From Longimicrobiales bacterium (GTDB taxonomy: Bacteria; Gemmatimonadota; Gemmatimonadetes; Longimicrobiales; Gaopeijiaceae), in the NCBI GenBank assembly GCA_965249725.1, contig CBDFMQ010000002.1:2336001-2400000 (forward strand): a DNA stretch of 64,000 nt. The letters run 5' to 3'. The position numbers and the translations under genes were made by a program. The notes under the pieces are model-generated. The model was not told the DNA's origin and did no database searches. It saw only the letters and a program-made list of their open reading frames with translations. Of this stretch, positions 18,415-25,406 are shown one piece after another (the stretch's first letter is position 1; each line of letters starts with the position of its first letter).

Positions 18415-20347
18415 TGGCAGAGACCTTCAGCGGAATGTGGAGTCCGTCACCCAACTCGAAGTAGGGAGGCATGCCCGTGGGAGCCCTGCCCGCGACCTCG
18501 ATACCACCGAACAGGGCCTCGGCCGCGGCCCGTTGGCTGGCCGGAGCGGAACTCCACGCCACGATGTACGACTGAGCATCGGGGAACTCGGAGATCAGGT
18601 AGGGATTGCCGAACGAGATCACGACGTGCGTGATCCTCTCTCGCGCCAGCAGGTTGATGAACTCGACGGTCTCCTCGGGCAACTCCACCCGCCCGGCGAA
18701 GTTCGAGTAGACGGAGACCACGACCAGATTCGAGGAGCGCGCCCGCCGCCTCAGATCCTGGTAGACCTCGCCGTTGGTGTCCTCGTCCACCCTGGTCGTA
18801 ACCAGGCGAGGATACGTCTCGCGGAGGCGCGCGTCGAAATAGCGGCTCGCCAAAACATCCGTCCGAGACCGGTACGTCACCGAACTGACGCGAGCGGTTC
18901 GGGTGCCCAGCAGAGGCAGTAGGTCTCGCTGGTTTCGGAGAAGTGTGATCGAGCGCTCGGCGACCTCTTGAGCGACAGCGGTGTGTTCGGGAATGCCCAC
19001 CACCTGCGGGACCCCCTCGAGCGGCACCTCACGCTGCTCGTGGAGCCCCATCTCCTCCTTGAGCCGAAGCAATCGCATGACCGATCGGTCGATACGGAAT
19101 TCTGGAATCCGACCGTCTCGAACCGCGCCGAGAATCGCGTCGATCGCCTGTTTCACGTTGGGAGGCATGAGGATCACATCGGCGCCGGCCAGCACGGCCA
19201 TCACCGACGCCTCGCCCCGAGGGTAGAGCCGGTTGACCGCGCTCATATCCATGGCGTCGGTAAACACGATGCCGTCGAAGCCCATGTCCGAGCGCAGGAG
19301 ATCCTCGAGCACGTGACCGGACAAGGTGGACGGAAGGAAACCCCCGCCGAGCCCCGGGACGGCGATGTGGGCCGACATCATGCCCCGCATGCCCGCGTCG
19401 ATGGCGGCCTGGAACGGCACCAGCTCGAGCGAGTCCATGCGTGCACGAGGTGCACGGATGATCGGCAACGCGAGATGAGAGTCCACCTCGGTGTCCCCGT
19501 GGCCCGGGAAATGCTTGCCGGTAGCCACCACGCCATTGTCCTGGAGCCCACGCACGAACGACACGCCCATCGCCGCGACCGCATCCGGATCCTCGCCGAA
19601 CGAGCGGATGTTGATGATCGGGTTGTCCGGGTTGTTGTTGACGTCCAGTACGGGCGCGAACGGTAAGTGGACGCCCATCGCCCGGGCCTCCAGTGCCGTG
19701 ATGCGGCCCATCTTGTACGCGAAGGTGGGATCTCCGGTGGCTCCGAACGCCATCAGCGACGGGAAGATCGTCGCTCCGCCAAGGGCGATGTTCGTGGGCA
19801 CGTGCACCGCCCCCCAGAACCGGAACCCGGCTCCGGTCTCGAGATCGGCCCCGACGAGCAACGGGTACTTCGAGTGGCGTTGCAGATCGTTGAGTTTCAC
19901 CGCCACGTCCGTAGGAGCGCCCACCGACATGATCACCCCACCGATGCCCTCCTCCCGGATGACGTCGACGATTCGGTCGTGAGTCTCCGACCCCTCGGGA
20001 GCGAAGTTGCCCAGGACGAACGGCATGATCATCTGGGCGATCTTCTCGCGCAGCGTCATCTCGTCCAGCATGCGCTCCGGCCAGGCGAGAGCCGGTCCCA
20101 CGGGCATGGCGGCCTGTCGTGCGGTCGGTCTCGTAGGCGATTCGGTGCTCGTCCCACTCTCCGCCGACGTAGGGGGCTGGTTCGGGAGGGGGGCCGCGGT
20201 CTGAGCGGGTCCGACGCTCGTACCTGCGCTGGCACCCGCGCTGGCACCTGCGCTGGCACCCGAGCAGGCAGCCATGAGAAGCGTCAGGATCCAGAGGCTT
20301 CCCGCCGGGTTACTCAGGGTGGGTCGGGGCTTGCTCCGGATTGGCAT
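18404..20347 (-). CDS. GH3 beta-N-acetylglucosaminidase (NagZ-like), lipoprotein
   Basis: Lipobox LMAAC; [21 protein letters not shown]; C-terminal SFGNPY domain. Confidence 0.9.
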   Translation of the reverse strand: [647 protein letters not shown]

Positions 20348-20420
20348 CAAATGAGCTCAGCGACCTCTATATTGGGCAAAGGGAGCAGCCGAAGTGCAGA
20401 TCGGAGAGCAAGTTACGGAG

Positions 20421-21701
20421 ATGTCCAGAGTGCCACAATCCTGGCTCATAACAGCCCTCTTCGCGTGCGCGGCCTGCGGTTCGGATGTCGACGCCGGAAG
20501 CCTTGAGGGGCCTGGTGCCGCCGATTCCTTATACCGGACTACCGCTGATGAGTTCGGTCCCGTGCGGCCGGGCATCGAAGTGCTGCTCGAGGACTCGATT
20601 CATCTGGTAGTCGGAAAACGCGTCGGGCTCATCACCAACCAGACCGGCGTGGACGCAACAGGGCGCTCCTCCATCGATCGTCTCTTCGAGCACCCGGACG
20701 TGAATCTGGTCGCGCTCTTCGCGCCGGAACACGGCATCCGGGGGGACGCGGACCCCGGCGAGGCGGTCGACGACGGGGTCGATGCCAGGACCGGTCTCCC
20801 GATTCACTCGCTCTACGGGGCCACGCGAACGCCGACCCCCGAGATGCTCGAGGGACTCGACGTCATCCTGACCGACTACCAGGACATCGGGGCCCGATAT
20901 TGGACGTACGTGTCCACGATGACCCTCGCGATGGAGGCCGCTGCCACTCAGGGCATTCCGTTCGTCGTGCTCGACCGACCCAACCCGATCGGGGGGGCCA
21001 CACAGGGCAACGTCCTGCTCCCCGCGTATGCGACCTTCGTAGGACGTCATCCGGTACCGATGCGGCACGGGATGACCCCCGCCGAGCTGGCGCGCTACGC
21101 TCGGGGTGAGCACGACATCGATGTGGAGCTGCATGTGGCACCCGCCGAAGGTTGGGAGCGCGACATGTCCTTCGAGGAGACCGGACTCCCTTGGGTCCAA
21201 CCGTCCCCGAACATGCCCAGCGTGGCAAGCGCGACCCACTATCCGGGAACGTGCCTGTTCGAAGGGACCAATCTGTCGGTCGGCCGAGGGACGGAAATCG
21301 CCTTCCAGCACGTCGGAGCTCCCTGGCTGGACGGAGAGGCTCTGGCCCGGACGATGAACGGTTACGGCCTGGAAGGCATCAGGTTCGAGGCAACCCGATT
21401 CACACCGCGGTCACCCGGGGACGGCAAGTTCGACGGAGTCGAGCTCTCAGGCGTGCGCCTGATCGCGACGTCGGTCGCCTACGACCCCACCGAGGCGGCC
21501 GCGGCTCTCCTGGTGGAGACCCGAAGGATGGCGGGCGACGATTGGCAATGGCTGGTGTCCCACTTCGATCGCCTGGCCGGAACCGATCAGCTCAGGAAGG
21601 CCGTCGAGGCAGGTGCCGGAGCAGAGGAGATCACGGAGGGGTGGGATGACGCCCTCGCCGAGTTCGTACGGATGAGGGAGCCGTATCTGATCTACCCTTG
21701 A
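20421..21701 (+). CDS. Exo-beta-N-acetylmuramidase NamZ family (DUF1343/YbbC), lipoprotein
   Basis: GLITNQTG, LFAPEHG, HSLYG, DYQDIGARYWTY, LDRPNP, RHGMT, PSPNMP, EGTNLSVGRGT, ends YLIYP; lipobox ACAAC. Confidence 0.92.
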   Translation: MSRVPQSWLITALFACAACGSDVDAGSLEGPGAADSLYRTTADEFGPVRPGIEVLLEDSIHLVVGKRVGLITNQTGVDATGRSSIDRLFEHPDVNLVALFAPEHGIRGDADPGEAVDDGVDARTGLPIHSLYGATRTPTPEMLEGLDVILTDYQDIGARYWTYVSTMTLAMEAAATQGIPFVVLDRPNPIGGATQGNVLLPAYATFVGRHPVPMRHGMTPAELARYARGEHDIDVELHVAPAEGWERDMSFEETGLPWVQPSPNMPSVASATHYPGTCLFEGTNLSVGRGTEIAFQHVGAPWLDGEALARTMNGYGLEGIRFEATRFTPRSPGDGKFDGVELSGVRLIATSVAYDPTEAAAALLVETRRMAGDDWQWLVSHFDRLAGTDQLRKAVEAGAGAEEITEGWDDALAEFVRMREPYLIYP

Positions 21702-22552
21702 GACACTTCCTCTATGGCACCGGCCTTGAACGCCTCATAGAGCGCTTTGGCCACCGGGCCCACGTTCCCGTCGCCCACCGGTCTCCCATCCAGCTCCACC
21801 GTCGGCCGCACCTCTGTCGTCGTTCCCGTGAAGAAGATCTCGTCCGCCTCTCGCATCTCCTCCAACGGGATGGCCCGCTCGACCACGGTCATGCCCAGGC
21901 CCTTCGCCAATTTCATCACGAAGCCGCGCCCCACGCCATGTAGGATCTCGTGGGTGGGTGGATGCGTGGTGACCACTCCGTCGAAGACGCCGAACACGTT
22001 GTTGTGAGAGCCCTCGATGGCCACGCCGTCCTTCACCTGAAGCGCGTCGGCGGCACCGGCCTCAACGGCCGCCTGCTGGGAAAGCACGTTGGGAAGAAGT
22101 CCGATGGTCTTGAGATCGGCCCGTGCCCACCGCCGATCGGGCACCGTGATAGCCGAATACCCCTGCTCCCATCGTGCCTGATCGGGCCGATTATAGGCAT
22201 TTGCGAACGCGTAAACCGTCGGCACCGTGCCCTCGGGCGGGAAGTAGTGAGTGCGGGGAGCCACTCCCCTTGTGATCTGCATGTAGACGATCGAGACCTC
22301 CTCGCCCTCGAGGCCGTTCTCGGCAAGTAGGCGGAGGTGCATCTCCTTCAGCCCCGTCGTGTCGTAGCTGATCCGCAGGGCATCGAGGCCATGCCTCAAA
22401 CGTCCCATATGCTCATCGAAGCGAAACAGGCGACCCTCATACGCCGGAGTCACTTCATATAGGCCGTCCGAGAGCAGAAAGCCCCGGTCGTCGACCGACA
22501 CCTTGGCCTGCTCTTTGGGGAGGTACTCGCCGTTCAGATATACGGTGCTCAT
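21692..22552 (-). CDS. dat: Class IV aminotransferase, D-amino acid (D-alanine) transaminase-like
   Basis: VYLNGE, DRGFLLSDGLYE, YMQITRGVAPRTH, RW...LKTIGLLPNVL, EGSHNN, ILHG. Confidence 0.85.
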   Translation of the reverse strand: MSTVYLNGEYLPKEQAKVSVDDRGFLLSDGLYEVTPAYEGRLFRFDEHMGRLRHGLDALRISYDTTGLKEMHLRLLAENGLEGEEVSIVYMQITRGVAPRTHYFPPEGTVPTVYAFANAYNRPDQARWEQGYSAITVPDRRWARADLKTIGLLPNVLSQQAAVEAGAADALQVKDGVAIEGSHNNVFGVFDGVVTTHPPTHEILHGVGRGFVMKLAKGLGMTVVERAIPLEEMREADEIFFTGTTTEVRPTVELDGRPVGDGNVGPVAKALYEAFKAGAIEEVSQG

Positions 22553-22747
22553 GACGCTCCGAAGTGTTGGAGACAACCAGCTATTGCATGGGAAGATGGC
22601 GGCTGGCCTCGCCCCCGCTAGTCCCTCACGGACCAAAAGATTGCACTGCAACTCGCACAGTGCTTCCTTTAAGGAGTAGGTCACCCCGGCGCGGGGTCTG
22701 ACCCGGCGTCCTGATCGTCAGAACACCAAAGAAGGAGCCCATATCCC

Positions 22748-23416
22748 ATGAGAAAGCTCGTTGCCGCCGCTGTAGCGGCCCTCCTTCTGGCCCCGGCACC
22801 CGCCTTGGCACAGGGATTCGCAATCTCCGGCCACGTCGGCTCCATCGGCGTCGGAGGTGGGGTAGTCATTGGTGTCGCCCCCAAGCTCAATCTCAGGGGC
22901 ATGTTCGGGTTCATTCCCGGAGACCCGAGCATTACGGCGGAAGACATCGACTTCGCGCTGGACCTGCCGACGTTCATTTTCTCGACCGTGGATTTCTATC
23001 CCATCAGCGGCTTCCATCTCAGCGCCGGCGGACTATTTGTCTCCAAGGGTGGCGACCTGAGCGTGACCGGAACCTTCGAGGGCCAGTCGGTTGAATTCGG
23101 AGGCCAGACCTACACTGGCTCGGCGGCTGACGAACTGGTAGGGACGTTCTCGCTGAAGAGTTTCCAGCCCTACGCCGGCATCGGGTTCGGCAATGCCATC
23201 GCCAAAGCCGTCGGCCTCAACCTCGACGTCGGGGTCGGGTTCGGTCAGAAGCCCACCGTGGCCATCACCCCGCGGGGACCACTCGCAGACGATGCGATCA
23301 CGGGACCCACCTTCCGGAATGACGTCCAGGCAGAGGTGCAGGACATCGAGAACGACATCCCGGAGTTCCTGCGCTTCTTCCCGGTCATAGCGCTCTCTAT
23401 CTCCATCGGCCTCTAG
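22748..23416 (+). CDS. Secreted beta-barrel outer membrane protein, hypothetical
   Basis: Signal peptide ending ALA-Q; amphipathic strands, PYAGIGFG, terminal strand FFPVIALSISIGL; GAAGGAG RBS. Confidence 0.7.
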   Translation: MRKLVAAAVAALLLAPAPALAQGFAISGHVGSIGVGGGVVIGVAPKLNLRGMFGFIPGDPSITAEDIDFALDLPTFIFSTVDFYPISGFHLSAGGLFVSKGGDLSVTGTFEGQSVEFGGQTYTGSAADELVGTFSLKSFQPYAGIGFGNAIAKAVGLNLDVGVGFGQKPTVAITPRGPLADDAITGPTFRNDVQAEVQDIENDIPEFLRFFPVIALSISIGL

Positions 23417-23444
23417 AGGGCCCGGTTAGACAGGAGAGCGGTAC

Positions 23445-23690
23445 ATGCACGCAGTTTTCGTGATGGTCAAATGTGAGCTCGGGAAGTCCTACGAGGTCGC
23501 TGACTACATCGTCGACAACATCGAGGAGACGGCCGAGGTCTTTTCGGTCTCGGGGCAGTACGACCTACTGGTCAAGTTCCACATCCAAGATGGTGACGAC
23601 GTAGGTCACTTCGTCTGTGATCGGCTGCAGGTAACACCCGATATTCGCGACACGTTCACGATCGACACGTTCAACGCGTTTACGAGATAG
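23445..23690 (+). CDS. Stand-alone Lrp/AsnC ligand-binding (RAM) domain protein
   Basis: 81 aa, AVFVMVK...SVSGQYDLLVK...TFT; no HTH; AGGAG RBS. Confidence 0.85.
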   Translation: MHAVFVMVKCELGKSYEVADYIVDNIEETAEVFSVSGQYDLLVKFHIQDGDDVGHFVCDRLQVTPDIRDTFTIDTFNAFTR

Positions 23691-23733
23691 GCGACAGGGC
23701 CCTGCGGGGTCTGTCCGGTGGGAGTCTGAATAC

Positions 23734-23772
23734 AGAGAGGGGGGTGGGCTGCTTCGGCCCACCCCCCTCTCT
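23734..23772. terminator. Strong hairpin between convergent genes (likely terminator)
   Basis: 16-bp perfect inverted repeat AGAGAGGGGGGTGGGC / GCCCACCCCCCTCTCT with a 7-nt loop. Confidence 0.7.
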
Positions 23773-23845
23773 CTTGTCTCAACCCCGCTTCATCAACCCC
23801 AAATCGGCAGCGCCGGCGGGGCCCGGGGTCGTCGGAGCTTGCTTC

Positions 23846-24742
23846 CTAGTTCTCCTGCTCCAGCTTGTCGAACTCCTCGATGAGCTGGGCCTCGTGAATC
23901 TGAGGCTCGGCGTCGGCGGCCTGTGGTTCCGCGCCTCCGTCCGCCTCATCGCCGTCCGCAGACGCATCACCCTCGGCATCCCCGCCGGATGAAGCCTCCG
24001 CAGAGGCCTCATCTTCGTCGCCCGACTCGAGCTGCTTGGGAGCCTCGGACTCGGGGGCAGCGATCAACCCCATCTCGTGCTTGAGGGCCAGTAGTCGGTC
24101 CTCTACGTCGCCGGTATCGCCGCCGGACTCGAGCACCTTGAACTCGTCCTCGAGCGTGCCGGGGCCGAGCGCCTCGGTCACCTCGGCGTGCGCAATGCTC
24201 TGGCGCTCCTGCTCTTCGATCTTCTCGGCCATCCGGTTGAACGCATCGAACGCCGATGTGTTCGAGAGACCCGACATGGTCTCGTGGATCCGCTTCTGCG
24301 CCTGGGCCCGCCGCTGCTTGGCGACGAGCAGGTTCCGCTTCCGCTTGGCCTCTTCGATCTTGTCGTTGAGCTGCCGGAGCGAGCCCTTGAGCTTGTCGGT
24401 CTCCGCAGCTTGTGCCCGCCAGGTGCCCTCTAGGGTCGCTGCCCGCTCGGCGTGCTCCTGCTGCCTCAGAAGAGCCTGCTTGGCCAGGTCGTCCCGGCCC
24501 TCCTTCACGGCCAGCATGGCACGGTGCTCCCACTGCCGGGCTTGCTTCACCTCATCATCGAGCTGAGCACGAAGCTTGCGCTCATCCGCGATGGCGGCCG
24601 CGACTTCCCGCTTGGCCTTCGCGAGCTGGTCGCGCATGTCCAGGATGATTTGGTTCAGCATCTTCTCGGGATCTTCCGCCCGGGAGATGAGGTCGTTGAT
24701 ATTCGACTTGATGACGGTCGAAAGCTTGGTAAAGATGCTCAT
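23846..24742 (-). CDS. pspA: PspA/IM30 family protein with acidic C-terminal tail
   Basis: MSIFTKL...AEDPEKML, AVKEGRDDLAKQAL, FNRMAEKI coiled coil. Confidence 0.93.
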   Translation of the reverse strand: MSIFTKLSTVIKSNINDLISRAEDPEKMLNQIILDMRDQLAKAKREVAAAIADERKLRAQLDDEVKQARQWEHRAMLAVKEGRDDLAKQALLRQQEHAERAATLEGTWRAQAAETDKLKGSLRQLNDKIEEAKRKRNLLVAKQRRAQAQKRIHETMSGLSNTSAFDAFNRMAEKIEEQERQSIAHAEVTEALGPGTLEDEFKVLESGGDTGDVEDRLLALKHEMGLIAAPESEAPKQLESGDEDEASAEASSGGDAEGDASADGDEADGGAEPQAADAEPQIHEAQLIEEFDKLEQEN

Positions 24743-24746
24743 TGAC

Positions 24747-25175
24747 TCAGCCCTCTCCTTCCGAACCGCTGTCGTCGGGCGCTGAAGCGTCACCGTTGAG
24801 TCCCGCCAAAGCCTTGATCTGGCCCAGGTGACTCGATGCGGCGAATTGGAGGCTCTCCACAGACGCCTGCAATTCCTCGTAGTCCAGGGTCTGAAGCTCC
24901 AGCGTATCGCTGAGGATGATCTCGCCTTCCTCTATGCCATAAGCCCCATGGACGATGTCGTTGGCGTTCCACTCGAGCAACGCACGATACAGGTCCGACA
25001 GGTCTCCTTCACCCGGAAGGTCCATGACGTTGAGCCGAAGCAGCAGGACAGGCTCCGAATGGTGGACTACTACCGCCCCGTTCCCGCCTCGCACCAGGAA
25101 CATCCCCTCTCCAACCTCTTCGTAATCCAGATCCATCCGAATGAGGAAGCTCTCGAGATCCTCTCGGGTTACCAT
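24747..25175 (-). CDS. YbjN/CesT-type (T3SS chaperone fold) protein
   Basis: ~140 aa, acidic; LYRALLEWNANDIVHGAYGI pattern; directly upstream of pspA. Confidence 0.7.
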   Translation of the reverse strand: MVTREDLESFLIRMDLDYEEVGEGMFLVRGGNGAVVVHHSEPVLLLRLNVMDLPGEGDLSDLYRALLEWNANDIVHGAYGIEEGEIILSDTLELQTLDYEELQASVESLQFAASSHLGQIKALAGLNGDASAPDDSGSEGEG

Positions 25176-25406
25176 GGCCAACTCCGTGGTTCAGGGCGAC
25201 CGACATACCGGCCGCCGACAAATTATCGCAGGCCCCCTCGGTCGAGGGGTGATTGTCCCTACGGTCAATCGAATGACGCTGTTTCTTAGACGCCCGAAGC
25301 GATCAAACAGGTCGCATGGGTCAAGATTCTTAGTCTAACACGAACCGCTGTCCTGCCGCGACTCCCCGGGGCACCGCGTGCCTTCAACCCACAGTCCCTA
25401 CTCATG

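Noticed and set aside
24747..25175. Type III secretion system
   Set aside because: Only a chaperone-fold protein; no T3SS apparatus genes.
25254..25373. Assignment of the hairpin as 6S or SRP RNA
   Set aside because: Too short for typical 6S and lacks the SRP helix-8 motif; kept only as an unassigned candidate.
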